Positions 8,567 through 18,879 are shown, counted from the stretch's first letter. The stretch: 64,000 bases of DNA from Candidatus Nomurabacteria bacterium (GCA_020632095.1 JACKGF010000001.1:669366-733365); one strand, 5' to 3'. Notes: generated by a model from the sequence alone, not told the origin. Numbers and translations are program-made.

Positions 8567-9895
8567 TTACCGAATCCCAGTGTCGCAGGATAAATTTTTG
8601 ATTAGTAGCTTGTCTGATTCGACAGTAATTTCCTCCCAAGCACAAGTGGGAAAAGGTTGACCACCGAGCGCTTGCAGGCGATATTCGCCGGGTGGCAGCA
8701 TGACTTTATAATTACCCTCCTTATCTGTTTCGACACTGGCAAAGAGTGAGCTCCTCGAACTATTTTTTTCAATCACTTGCACAGTGGTTACAAACGGTTG
8801 GTCATCACACTCGGGTTGAGGTGGGTTTTGTATGACGGGACAAATTGGTCCACGCAAGACAACACCTTGCACCCCAGATTCAAAAGGTAAAATACTAGTT
8901 GGCCCTGATGGTTTTTCTTCTCCAAACTCAATCGGAATTTCTACCGCGTCGTCATTTTCCGGCAGGCCAGACGGATTGTCTTTTTTCAAAATAATCGCCC
9001 CCCGCCGATACGGAGTACTGGTCGCTAAGTCATAACTTACAGTGCCCGTAAATGGTACAAATTCCTCGGTCATCCAATCACCGTCGGCCGTAGCAAAACC
9101 AGTCCCGATAATTAACCCATCCCAATCGACCACCACAAGCGGGAACGAGGCTTCGAAAAACCAACTTCCTCTCGCTTGGCCAGTAACGGTAACGGGACTA
9201 CTAATAACCTGCCCCGCCTGTGGTGAACCAACCCGAATGAGTTCGGTTTTAGTCACCTCTTTTTCCGTGTCATCGGTAATCGAAATTTTGTCACCTAAAA
9301 ATTTTGGTTGTCTGTTAAAAGCCAGATTTAATACGGCTTTCTCGTTAGCAAAAATCTCTCGTATATTATTTCGAAACAACATATGTCCAACATCAGCATT
9401 GACCCCATAGGCTTCAATCCCCAACTGACGGGCGATAAAAACTGAACGCGGTAAGTGAAATGATTGCGTGCAAATCAATATCGAAGAAACCGAAAAAATA
9501 TCTCGGGCACGGTACATTGAGCTATAAGTATCAAAGCCAGCGTAATCGAGAAAAATATCTTTGTCTGGCACACCTTTATCCATCAGATACAACCGAACAG
9601 GATTAACCTCATTATATTCGATAGTACTGTTGTCTCTCGAAACTAAAATCTTCGTAACCTTTCCAGCTTGATACAAACCTATGGCCATATCAGCCCGGTC
9701 TGTAAATATTGGTGACAATGAGCCGTCAGCTAAAACTGCTGCCCCGAGTACTAGTGCAGTTTGGGCGACTGGTGCTTCAGTCACACTCTCGTAAATATAA
9801 GGTTTAGTTGTGGTATAAATATAAATATTTGAAACCAAGACACACAAAATCAGCAGTCCAAAAACTCCCAAAATTATTTTAATAATCCCTTTCAT
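8567..9895 (-). CDS. Membrane-anchored SanA/YdcF (DUF218) domain fused to Gmad2 Ig-like and carboxypeptidase-regulatory-like C-terminal domains
   Basis: N-terminal TM; DUF218 region ALVLGAAVLADGSLSPIFTDRADMAIGLYQAGKVTKILVS..YAGFDTYSS; Gmad2-like GSWFFEASFPLVVVDWDGLIIGTGFATADGDWMTEEFVPFTG. Confidence 0.55.
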   Translation of the reverse strand: MKGIIKIILGVFGLLILCVLVSNIYIYTTTKPYIYESVTEAPVAQTALVLGAAVLADGSLSPIFTDRADMAIGLYQAGKVTKILVSRDNSTIEYNEVNPVRLYLMDKGVPDKDIFLDYAGFDTYSSMYRARDIFSVSSILICTQSFHLPRSVFIARQLGIEAYGVNADVGHMLFRNNIREIFANEKAVLNLAFNRQPKFLGDKISITDDTEKEVTKTELIRVGSPQAGQVISSPVTVTGQARGSWFFEASFPLVVVDWDGLIIGTGFATADGDWMTEEFVPFTGTVSYDLATSTPYRRGAIILKKDNPSGLPENDDAVEIPIEFGEEKPSGPTSILPFESGVQGVVLRGPICPVIQNPPQPECDDQPFVTTVQVIEKNSSRSSLFASVETDKEGNYKVMLPPGEYRLQALGGQPFPTCAWEEITVESDKLLIKNLSCDTGIR

Positions 9896-9953
9896 TGCAA
9901 TATTATACTCTCAATTTTAAAGGTTGTGTTTTTAGACGACTGTTTCCCTCTCC

Positions 9954-10202
9954 TTAGCCCCGAATAAGCTTAAGCAAAGCAAGTAACACCACAGCCCCAA
10001 TCACCGCCACCATAAAACTGTAGAGATTGAAGCCACTAACTCCACCTTTATCAAAGAAATTCATAATCTACCCGCCCAAACTTGCCCCAATCACACCCAC
10101 CACAATATCCAGAATTAAGCCTTGGTGTCCATCGGTCCCCATAATCATAGACCCCACCCAACCAGCCAACGCACCGAATATTACCCAAACTAAGATACTC
10201 AT
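9954..10202 (-). pseudogene. GlsB/YeaQ/YmgE-family small membrane protein with one in-frame TAG (codon 45) at a position conserved as Trp
   Basis: MSILVWVIFGALAGWVGSMIMGTDGHQGLILDIVVGVIGASLGG*IMNFFDKGGVSGFNLYSFMVAVIGAVVLLALLKLIRG matches the YeaQ/YmgE family (..VGGWI..); TAG at 10068-10070; not in the ORF track because each half is under 60 aa. Confidence 0.55.
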
Positions 10203-10242
10203 ATAGTTTTATATTATTTTTGTAATCTACTTTTCCTTTTTA

Positions 10243-10635
10243 TTACTTGTAACAAGTGGCTAACTTAAGACCTTCAGTAAAGGATGGATTGGCTCCGTTG
10301 GTAATCTCATCGATTCTAGCCGGACCCAAACTAGACTCCGCGCACGCCACCATTTCCGGAGTGACAGTAATGGAGTCAGTGTCGATACCAAGCGCCCCGA
10401 GTAATTTTTTCTGTCCCGCTGTCAAATTAGAAGCCGAGATGATTTTATCTTCAGTTACCGCTACGTCACTGGTGATACCAGACCCGTCAGAGCTTGTCGT
10501 GTCTGATGCAGAAGTTGGCACTGAGGTTGAACCACTTATATATGTGTTTCCTACCGAACTAAACCGTCCGATCATAAAACCAACAGCAAACACTACTACG
10601 ATAAGAATTCCCAGCAACACGTTTTTAGTATTCAT
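10243..10635 (-). CDS. Hypothetical secreted/membrane-anchored protein
   Basis: N-terminal TM helix, Ser/Thr-rich linker. Confidence 0.4.
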   Translation of the reverse strand: MNTKNVLLGILIVVVFAVGFMIGRFSSVGNTYISGSTSVPTSASDTTSSDGSGITSDVAVTEDKIISASNLTAGQKKLLGALGIDTDSITVTPEMVACAESSLGPARIDEITNGANPSFTEGLKLATCYK

Positions 10636-10814
10636 AATATTATATTTTTTGCTCGTTTAAGAGTGCGCGCAATTTAGTAGTAATAGGCAATTAAAATTAC
10701 CCTCTTATTCATTAACTATAGCACTTTATTACTGTATGTGATAGATAAAAATAAAGTTACGACTCTAAAATTTTTACTTTCATTTATTGTCGGTAATGTT
10801 GCTATACTATTCAC

Positions 10815-12722
10815 ATGATAATGTGGCACCACAAATCCAAGCTGACATCCTGCCTAGTAGTCACTTCACTAATAGCTGTTATTATCGGCAGCACATTTTT
10901 ATTTCTAACCTCGCCAACTACTCCGCCCCCAGTACCCGATAAGCCTTTATATTTAGACGCTTCATTACCCATAACAGAGCGTGTTTCTAATTTATTGTCA
11001 TACATGACCCTGGAAGAAAAAATTGGGCAAATGACTTTGGTGGAGAAGGATAGTATTAAAAAATTAAGTGACATTAGCGACTATCACCTCGGGGCGCTCT
11101 TGAGTGGCTCAGGGTCTAAGCCCGAAGAAAATACCGTGACTGGTTGGAAACAAATGATCGATACTTACCAAGCTGAAGCGACCCAATCTAGGCTCGGTAT
11201 TCCATTACTCTACGGTTCTGATGCAATTCACGGACATGCACACGTACCTGAGGCGACTATCTTCCCACACCTGATTGGCTTAGGTGCGAGCGGAGATTCT
11301 GAATTAGTGAAAAAAATAGCCTCTGCAACGGCAGTAGAAATGATGGCCACCGGTGTGAATTGGAATTTTGCACCCAACTTAGACATGCCTCAAGACATCA
11401 GGTGGGGTCGGGTGTATGAAACTTTTTCGGACGACCCAACCTTAGTTACAAAACTAGGCGCAGCCTACGTGCAAGGCTTACAGACCGCCGCAAATAATAC
11501 TGACGAGCAATTACAGGTTCTCGCCACCCCGAAACACTTCGTCGGACTCGGAGGAATGAGCTGGGACACATCACTAAACAAAAACTTTAAAATCGACCAA
11601 GGAGTTACCGACGCGAATGAAGCATTACTAAACGAAGTTTATCTACCGCCCTTCGCTGCCGCTATAGATGCTGGCGCCTTAAATATTATGGTTGGTCTCA
11701 ATACTTGGGGTGATGATCGTATGGTTCGACAAAAACATTTGCTGACTGATGTATTAAAAAAGCAGTTGGGGTTCAAAGGCTTTATTGTCTCTGACTGGTA
11801 CGGAGTGCATGAGGGCACGCATAATACTTTTTGGGCCACCACGGTCGCAATCAACTCTGGCGTCGACATGGTCATGCTTCCTTTTGACTATGAAACTTTC
11901 ACTCGACAGGTGAAGTGGGCAAATCGACTCGGCTTAATATCCGACGCGCGCATTGATGACGCTGTGAGCAGAATTCTCTACGCTAAGTTTTCCCTCGGTT
12001 TGTTTGACCAAGCAGGATCTACGGAGACGCTTACCACCATTCCCAACCAAGCTCACCGCGCACTAGCCCGCGAAGCGGTAGCCCAATCCTTAGTGTTGCT
12101 CAAAAATGAAAACTCTATCCTACCCCTCAAAACAAATGTTAGAAAAATTCGCGTGGCTGGCAGTGCTGCCAATAATATTGGAAAACAATCTGGAGCTTGG
12201 ACAATTGAATGGCAAGGTGTTGATGGTAACTGGCTTCCTAACAGTACTTCAATTCTGGCTGGGATTAAGGAAATTGCCAATAAAAATACTCAAATTGAGT
12301 TTGAAGAACAGGCACTATTTTCGACTGATTCCGACCAAGCCGATGTTGGTATCGCAATTGTAGGTGAATCGCCTTACGCTGAAGGTTGGGGCGACAACGC
12401 TAAACCATCATTAAGTGATGAGGATTTGACTACAATTAAAAACCTTAAGCAAACCAGTCGATCGGTCGTGGTGATTCTAGTTACCGGTCGCCCACTCATT
12501 ATTACTGACGAAATCAAAGACTGGGATGCAGTTGTGGTGGCTTGGTTACCAGGCAGCGAAGGAGCCGGTGTAGCCGACGTACTTTTCGGCACCAAACCAT
12601 TCACCGGCTCCCTCCCCCTACCTTGGCCTTCAAATATTAATCAGCTACCAATCACCATAAATGGCGAATCAAGCAATGACAGTAATGTGCTGTTTTCAAG
12701 ATATTTTAAACTCCTCTATTAA
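10815..12722 (+). CDS. Glycoside hydrolase family 3 (beta-glucosidase / BglX / NagZ-like), membrane-anchored
   Basis: GH3 N-domain motifs (NWNFAPNLDM..RWGRVYETFSDDP; KHFVGLGG; GFKGFIVSDW) and C-terminal domain; N-terminal TM. Confidence 0.85.
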   Translation: MIMWHHKSKLTSCLVVTSLIAVIIGSTFLFLTSPTTPPPVPDKPLYLDASLPITERVSNLLSYMTLEEKIGQMTLVEKDSIKKLSDISDYHLGALLSGSGSKPEENTVTGWKQMIDTYQAEATQSRLGIPLLYGSDAIHGHAHVPEATIFPHLIGLGASGDSELVKKIASATAVEMMATGVNWNFAPNLDMPQDIRWGRVYETFSDDPTLVTKLGAAYVQGLQTAANNTDEQLQVLATPKHFVGLGGMSWDTSLNKNFKIDQGVTDANEALLNEVYLPPFAAAIDAGALNIMVGLNTWGDDRMVRQKHLLTDVLKKQLGFKGFIVSDWYGVHEGTHNTFWATTVAINSGVDMVMLPFDYETFTRQVKWANRLGLISDARIDDAVSRILYAKFSLGLFDQAGSTETLTTIPNQAHRALAREAVAQSLVLLKNENSILPLKTNVRKIRVAGSAANNIGKQSGAWTIEWQGVDGNWLPNSTSILAGIKEIANKNTQIEFEEQALFSTDSDQADVGIAIVGESPYAEGWGDNAKPSLSDEDLTTIKNLKQTSRSVVVILVTGRPLIITDEIKDWDAVVVAWLPGSEGAGVADVLFGTKPFTGSLPLPWPSNINQLPITINGESSNDSNVLFSRYFKLLY

Positions 12723-12771
12723 AATTAACAACCCAGGGGTAGAACCCCTGAGTATACTTCCGGTGTATGAG

Positions 12772-13200
12772 CTATAGTAAACGGAGCTGTTCTGTCTGCT
12801 TCGTCTTTCCTTGGTTTCTTACGTATCTTTCAACTTGTTGCCAGCTTCCCTTTTCAGAGATAGTAGAAATAAAGTAACCATCACTCCAAAATTCACCTCC
12901 CCACAACTCCTTCCGCAATTCAGGAAATTGCTTAAAGAGTTGTTTGGTTGTGATTGACTTAAACATACCCACTATCTCACTACCACTGTATTTAGGATGG
13001 AATGAACACAGTATGTGAATGTGATCACCGTCAGTACCCAATTGTTCAAACCAAACGTCATAACGTTCTGTCATAGCAGCAGCAATTTCCCGAATTGCTC
13101 TGGTAATAGGTGGTTCTAACAGTGCTTTACGGTATTTCACAGGAAAGACTATGTGGTAGTGGGTATCGAACACGCAGTGGTTACTTTTGACAATGCTCAT
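12772..13200 (-). CDS. tnpA: IS200/IS605-family Y1 (HUH) transposase TnpA, no adjacent tnpB
   Basis: HYHIVFPVKYR and HIHIL motifs (HUH and Y1 region); 142 aa; GC-rich subterminal hairpins at 12733-12753 (CAGGGGTAGAACCCCTG) and 13247-13267 (CCCCGCGGCAGAGCCGCGGGG). Confidence 0.85.
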   Translation of the reverse strand: MSIVKSNHCVFDTHYHIVFPVKYRKALLEPPITRAIREIAAAMTERYDVWFEQLGTDGDHIHILCSFHPKYSGSEIVGMFKSITTKQLFKQFPELRKELWGGEFWSDGYFISTISEKGSWQQVERYVRNQGKTKQTEQLRLL

Positions 13201-13306
13201 ACTCTTAGTTTAGTTGAAAACCTTAGGTTTTCAAACTTTCCGAAGCGGAGACCCCGCGGCAGAGCCGCGGGGAATATGGGGATTTAAAAACATTTAATAT
13301 TAAATT

Positions 13307-14005
13307 GTGATAAAATTTGTGAATATGGATATTCTCGGGCAAAAAAATTCTAACCCAACGATAAAGAGTAAATCTATGTTTAGTCACAAAAACGTAGTTA
13401 TTGTAGTTTTTTTACTCACTCTTTTTAGTATTGGTATAATCAGTGACTACAGTGAAAAACTGGCTAGTGTAGGAGTTATTCTTTTTATTACAATATGGCC
13501 AGCCTACATTTTGCTATGGTCTCACATAAATAAAAAAAAGTTATTAACTCATACTGACTCAAATACTGCTGTTACTGATCCGGAAGACTCAAAATATTTA
13601 CTTAATCGAACTTCCACAACAAAAATTGACTCAGAAATAATTAATTTGACACCTAAACTTGAAGCTAATCAAATATCGCTCTTTCGACCATCTTGGGTAA
13701 AATACTTAGCATTTTTTAATTTATTATTATTTGTAGTTGGAGGTAAATATATTTTAACTCTTCCTCTTGCAACTTTTATAGGTCTGGCCTGGGGTGGTAG
13801 AAGTGTTAATTTAGTTCTTGTAATGAGCATTATATCGTCCATTGGAGCTCTATGTTTCGTAATATTTTCCACTCTTTCAATTATCCTTGGGTTTAGAAAA
13901 AAGTATTCAAATTACTTTACCAAAGCATCAAAAATAATAATGTTTATTCCGGTTATCTCGCTCATTCCAACTTCAGTTTTTATTCTTTACTTAATATTTT
14001 CCTAA
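13307..14005 (+). CDS. Hypothetical multi-pass membrane protein
   Basis: Several hydrophobic helices; no recognisable motif. Confidence 0.4.
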   Translation: MIKFVNMDILGQKNSNPTIKSKSMFSHKNVVIVVFLLTLFSIGIISDYSEKLASVGVILFITIWPAYILLWSHINKKKLLTHTDSNTAVTDPEDSKYLLNRTSTTKIDSEIINLTPKLEANQISLFRPSWVKYLAFFNLLLFVVGGKYILTLPLATFIGLAWGGRSVNLVLVMSIISSIGALCFVIFSTLSIILGFRKKYSNYFTKASKIIMFIPVISLIPTSVFILYLIFS

Positions 14006-14152
14006 TCTTTATCTCACCAAGACATAACCAGGAGTTTTTATCAGATTGAAAGTTTTTTACAAATAAAAACCACGGTTACCAGAACTATAAACAATCTCCC
14101 TAAACCAAACAGTAATTTCACACCTTAAAATCAAAATGATATACTAGCAAGT

Positions 14153-14695
14153 ATGTCGAATTATGAATCAAAAATCGAACACAATGTCGCACAAGCTATA
14201 CGTAAATTAATTCAACAATTAAACGATAATGATTTTATTTGGGGTAGAGATGAACTGAGAGGACTTGGAGCTGAGACAGCTCTTAAAGTAATAGTTCAAA
14301 CCGCTTGTGATCAAGGAGGTATTAGTGAATTAGGTAATCTGGAAGAAACTTTGATACAAATAGCCAAAGCTACTTCACCCAATGCTGACTTAAACAAACT
14401 TGAATCAAACCAAGGAATTGCTGACCAACCTTCCCCAGAGAAGGTCTTATCCGCGCTTGAAAAGCTAGCGACCAAAACCTATTCCCTGTCTTCAGAATTA
14501 GCCGAAGTTTATCTACAAAATCTAGAGCTTCAATACACTTCAGAAATAACAGCTTGTGAACAAGAATCTAACTGTATAAATAGTGTCCTAGCAACAGCTG
14601 TAAAACGGGCAGTCTCTACTGGCATTGACGGCGAACAAATAAAAGAATTCCGCAGCAAAATTGAATCTTGGGCATACCTCCCAGAAGCAGCGTAA
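14153..14695 (+). CDS. Hypothetical protein
   Basis: Intact 180-aa ORF; helical composition; no motif. Confidence 0.4.
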   Translation: MSNYESKIEHNVAQAIRKLIQQLNDNDFIWGRDELRGLGAETALKVIVQTACDQGGISELGNLEETLIQIAKATSPNADLNKLESNQGIADQPSPEKVLSALEKLATKTYSLSSELAEVYLQNLELQYTSEITACEQESNCINSVLATAVKRAVSTGIDGEQIKEFRSKIESWAYLPEAA

Positions 14696-14887
14696 CAACA
14701 TTCAAATTGTAATAACTTAAAATGAACTACCCCGGCCTGAAGGCGGGGGTAATATTCCTTGAATATACAAAATCACAGCCACTTACCTGGTGAAGTTTTA
14801 GACTGACTTTGAGTGCTATATTTTATGTAAAAACTCTTCATATTATCCTCACAATCTTTCAAAGAGAATTTCTGATAAAATAAAGTC

Positions 14888-16087
14888 ATGTCTATAGAAA
14901 ACCAAACTACAAATACCGAATCTTCTGGTGAGAAAAAAATTACTGAATATATTGAGAGAATCTACCAAGGGGAAATTGATCCAGATGACATCACTCCAGA
15001 AAAGTTAGGACCATTTTACTCTAAAGTTAGAGATTATTTTATTGAACAGATTCCTTCTCGATATAGCGACGATTCATGGCCAATAGAATTAGTGGCAGAT
15101 ATGTGGAACCCCGCCCAACCAATAGACTCAGAAGATGTAGAAAAACAACGCCTTACCCGTAGAATTGCTCTACATTGTTACGAACTTAGTCTGAGTGAGG
15201 CTCAAAATAAAACCATTGGACATTTACCAGTCGGAAAACTGCCTGACCCAGTCGTCCGAGAAACAACAAGCTTAAGTGCTTCAGAAGAAATGCCCACACC
15301 AAATCAACCTGCCTCAGAAACCAGCCATTCTCTATCGGTTGAAGAAAGAAAAAAACTTAACGGCTGGCCGGCTAGCTATGAATTGGCTAAGATTGCTATT
15401 AAAGAAGGTGTCGATTTGTCTTCTTTATCACGTGAAGAATATGCATCATTTGCAATTCAAAATCACTTAACTATTGACGATAGCCAATTACGAACTGCTC
15501 CATGGCAAAGGATGTGCACCTCGGTTGAAGAAATAGTCTCAAAAAATAAAGAAGAGGCTTTAAAAATAACCGAGGAATCAGACAAATCTTTTGCCCGCTT
15601 TTGTTACGAAATGAAGGATAAAGCTAGTCAGCGTGATCGCTTTATATCTGACAATATTAGAGTCCGAGAAGGAACCAAAGATTCAGATTCATGGTTATAT
15701 TTCGGAATCAATACCGACAGTAATAAAGAAGGCGCGGAAGCTTTAGAAACATATAAATCTTACGTCTCTATTAAAGACCTCAACTCACTAACTCCCGATA
15801 GGTTCACAGAGTTTATGCGCCTCCTCCAAGAAACAAACTATAAAGGTGATGTTAAAATTTTCCAAGACATGGCTGGACAGGGTATCAAACTAAACGACCA
15901 AATTGTCATACACGGCAGTTCAGAAGCAGACGCCAGACTAGGACTTGAATTAGCCGAAAATTTTTTCGGTAATGACTTAGACCAAAAAAGCTTTGGCAAG
16001 GATGAAATAATTGACGGAGAAAAAATGAGCTACAGTCAAATTTTAGCCCAACAAATCACAAAGGCCATTCATACTGAAAACTCCTAA
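14888..16087 (+). CDS. Hypothetical protein
   Basis: Intact 399-aa ORF; no motif recognised. Confidence 0.4.
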   Translation: MSIENQTTNTESSGEKKITEYIERIYQGEIDPDDITPEKLGPFYSKVRDYFIEQIPSRYSDDSWPIELVADMWNPAQPIDSEDVEKQRLTRRIALHCYELSLSEAQNKTIGHLPVGKLPDPVVRETTSLSASEEMPTPNQPASETSHSLSVEERKKLNGWPASYELAKIAIKEGVDLSSLSREEYASFAIQNHLTIDDSQLRTAPWQRMCTSVEEIVSKNKEEALKITEESDKSFARFCYEMKDKASQRDRFISDNIRVREGTKDSDSWLYFGINTDSNKEGAEALETYKSYVSIKDLNSLTPDRFTEFMRLLQETNYKGDVKIFQDMAGQGIKLNDQIVIHGSSEADARLGLELAENFFGNDLDQKSFGKDEIIDGEKMSYSQILAQQITKAIHTENS

Positions 16088-16123
16088 ATAACAATATTCT
16101 TTAAATAGTCAGGACAGAACGAA

Positions 16124-16924
16124 CTATTTACTGATATTCCTTCTAGGTATTAATTTTGAACTTGCCCAAAGACCATCAAAGAAAACCTCCATTGTATTAC
16201 TAATTTCAATAGATTTAATTAATACGGCTGAGGATTCATCATACGAATTAATAAAAGCTACACTGTTATCAAAGATAATTATTGTATTACTGAACTTACC
16301 CTCAAGAGCTTTTGGAATAATCCTCGGCTCCCTAAACTCAAAAGCAGTTTGACTAATTGTTCTTTTCTTCAAAAAGCTTGATTCCCACAATGATCTAGCT
16401 CTTATTCCTCGTTGTTTTCTAATTTTTATAAAATAATCACTGTATTCCTTACCACTTTCTGAAAAGAAATTTCGTGTAGGAGAAATTATTTTCCACTTTC
16501 GACTAGCACAATATAGAGCTGTATCAATAACAGTTTTTACACCATCGAAACCATTGTAAGCAAATACTTCAGTAGCAATACTGTTCTGGGTTGAAATTTT
16601 ATCAAATAAAGGCAACAAATTGATAAAATCGAGTTGTTTATTTTTTAACTCATCAATTTTTTCAACAAAACTCCTTTCAATAAGATTTGGATCTTTCATG
16701 GTGTATTTATTTACTCCCGTTTGTATATGCAAGCCAACCAAACCCTTCTGTTCCAAACTACAAAGTGCACTATGAGCAGTAGTTCTTTTGATACCAGCCC
16801 GTTTTGCAATCTCAGCGGTTGTCTGAGAGCCAAACTGTAAACCAGTTACGTACAGAGTAATTTCCGTTGAAGTAAGACCTATCTGACTAAGGAATGATTT
16901 TATATCACCATTTATTTTTTTCAT
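16124..16924 (-). CDS. TrmB-family HTH transcriptional regulator
   Basis: N-terminal wHTH LGLTSTEITLYVTGLQFGSQTTAEIAKRAGIKRTTAHSALCSLEQKGLV; start taken at internal MKKINGD. Confidence 0.6.
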   Translation of the reverse strand: MKKINGDIKSFLSQIGLTSTEITLYVTGLQFGSQTTAEIAKRAGIKRTTAHSALCSLEQKGLVGLHIQTGVNKYTMKDPNLIERSFVEKIDELKNKQLDFINLLPLFDKISTQNSIATEVFAYNGFDGVKTVIDTALYCASRKWKIISPTRNFFSESGKEYSDYFIKIRKQRGIRARSLWESSFLKKRTISQTAFEFREPRIIPKALEGKFSNTIIIFDNSVAFINSYDESSAVLIKSIEISNTMEVFFDGLWASSKLIPRRNISK

Positions 16925-17056
16925 ATAAATCCTATAATACATAATTGCTACTATTTGTCGACGACATATCGTCGTCACATATTACCAAAATCGTTTTATC
17001 AAACTAAAATAATGATTGTAGTTGTTCTTTAAAATCAATCATTAAGGAGATTAAAA

Positions 17057-18301
17057 GTGGCTTCCAATAAGAAAGTTCATATCATTAGTGGCGGAACCAT
17101 CTCGAAGGTTCGTCCTCATTTCGCTCTTAGCGCTCCGGCGTATGGTGCGGTTGGAAAGACCCTCAAAGAGCTGGCAGTCGCTCAATTCCCCACCATGGAC
17201 ATTGTTCTACATCTAACCCGGATGGCAGGCGGAAACCGCAATCTGGAAACAGTTGAAGATGTAGGCCGGCTGGTAGAAGAACTGAGGAATGATTCCCTTA
17301 CTAAAGTGATAATCATGGCCGTCGCTATGGCTGACTTCTCTGGCGAAGTAAACGCTGAAGTTGGCCGTCTCAAGACCAATACTGGTCCACTTACCATGCA
17401 ACTCACACCCAACGAGAAGATTATCGATAATATTCGTAATCTTCCCAATCAGACTGGCGTGGTTCGGAAAGATATTTTCTTGGTGAGTTTTAAAGCGACT
17501 GCTGGTGCCACCGGTGCCGAGCAGTACCAAGCAGCGCTCCATAATCTGAAACGTTCAAGTTCAAACTTGGTATTTGCCAACGACCTTGAAAACCATCGTT
17601 GTATGGTGGTAACACCAGAAGAAGCCCGGTATCACGAAACCACTAACCGACTTGAGGCGCTGCAGGGTTTGGTCGAAATGACTGAAATGCGCTCCCATTT
17701 GACGTTCACCCGCTCGACAGTAGTAGATGGTGTTCCGGTAGCTTGGGCTTCCCCGCTGGTGCCAGAAGCTTTACGCACTGTAGTGGACCACTGCATCCAA
17801 GGCGGTGCCTACAAGCCTTTCCATGGAGCAACAGTTGGTCACTTTGCCGTGAAGTTAACTGATACTGAATTTTTGACTTCTCGTCGCAAGACGGACTTCA
17901 ATCAATTATCTGAAACGGGACTGGTCCATATCAAGACAGACGGACCAGATAGTGTCGTTGCTTTCGGCAGTAAGCCATCGGTCGGCGGACAGTCACAGCG
18001 CAGTATTTTTCGAGAACATGAAGGTATGGACTGCATCGCGCATTTCCATTGCCCGATTCGGGAAGGCTCACTAGTGCCACAAGTCTCACAACGTGAGTTC
18101 GAGTGCGGCAGTCATGAATGCGGACAAAACACTTCACAAAACCTCGGTATTTTTGGCAGAATCAAAGCTGTCTATCTCCAAGAGCATGGGCCAAACATCG
18201 TGTTTCCACGAGACATAGACCCGTCTGAAGTAATCGACTTCATCGAAGCCAACTTCGACCTTTCAAAAAAGACTGGGGGTTACCAACTGGAAACTGCCTA
18301 A
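17057..18301 (+). CDS. Fusion of a CoaB-like (phosphopantothenoylcysteine synthetase / DFP fold) domain and a class II aldolase/adducin-like domain; GC-rich
   Basis: N-terminus HIISGGTISKVRPHFALSAPAYGAVG, ..VAMADFSG.., LTMQLTPNEKIID, LVSFKATAG parallel the CoaB motifs (ITAGGT.E.IDPVR.ISN.SSGKMG, AAVADY, VVGFAAET); C-terminus KPSVGGQSQRSIF...CIAHFHCP parallels class-II aldolase KPSSE...VVHTHSP; local GC about 50% versus about 37% background. Confidence 0.5.
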   Translation: MASNKKVHIISGGTISKVRPHFALSAPAYGAVGKTLKELAVAQFPTMDIVLHLTRMAGGNRNLETVEDVGRLVEELRNDSLTKVIIMAVAMADFSGEVNAEVGRLKTNTGPLTMQLTPNEKIIDNIRNLPNQTGVVRKDIFLVSFKATAGATGAEQYQAALHNLKRSSSNLVFANDLENHRCMVVTPEEARYHETTNRLEALQGLVEMTEMRSHLTFTRSTVVDGVPVAWASPLVPEALRTVVDHCIQGGAYKPFHGATVGHFAVKLTDTEFLTSRRKTDFNQLSETGLVHIKTDGPDSVVAFGSKPSVGGQSQRSIFREHEGMDCIAHFHCPIREGSLVPQVSQREFECGSHECGQNTSQNLGIFGRIKAVYLQEHGPNIVFPRDIDPSEVIDFIEANFDLSKKTGGYQLETA

Positions 18302-18579
18302 TAAAACCTAGACGTGGTTGGGTTGGGATAGGTATCCCAACCCAACTCTGTCACCATCAATTTTTGAAGTACTTTCGTACCCAAGCCATAGTCTACCTAT
18401 GGCTTTTTTGTATAGATTACGACACACAACATCACGTCGCTATATACCCACTAATAAATATTCATCTCTACACACATTATATTAAATTAAGATATTTCCC
18501 CGACCTTGAACAAATTACCCCTCATAAAAAATCTCCCCAATCACACACCTTCTCTTAATGATATTCCTAAGGTGTTCAG

Positions 18580-18625
18580 AAGACTCTAAAAACCTTTCGG
18601 TTAACCGAAAGGTTTTTAGAGTCTT
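18580..18625. repeat. Perfect 23-bp-arm inverted repeat centred on GTTAAC
   Basis: AAGACTCTAAAAACCTTTCGGTT|AACCGAAAGGTTTTTAGAGTCTT; lies between the fusion gene and the TnpA pseudogene. Confidence 0.6.
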
Positions 18626-18879
18626 TGGTGTGTGGTATTAGAAACACTGTATTAATTAATATAGGTGTTTGTGCGTTTGAGGTGGGGATTCAAGGGGATA
18701 ATTAATCAGTTGACTAAACCGCCTTTCAGTAAAACAAACCCCGACTTCGGTCGGGGTTTGTTTTATATCTAAAAACCTTCGGCTTCAGCCGGAGTGTACG
18801 TTTGCAGGCAACGCATACACTAAATACAATACGTATACGCAAACGTACCATTAAAACCCTATCACATTGTTATTACGAA

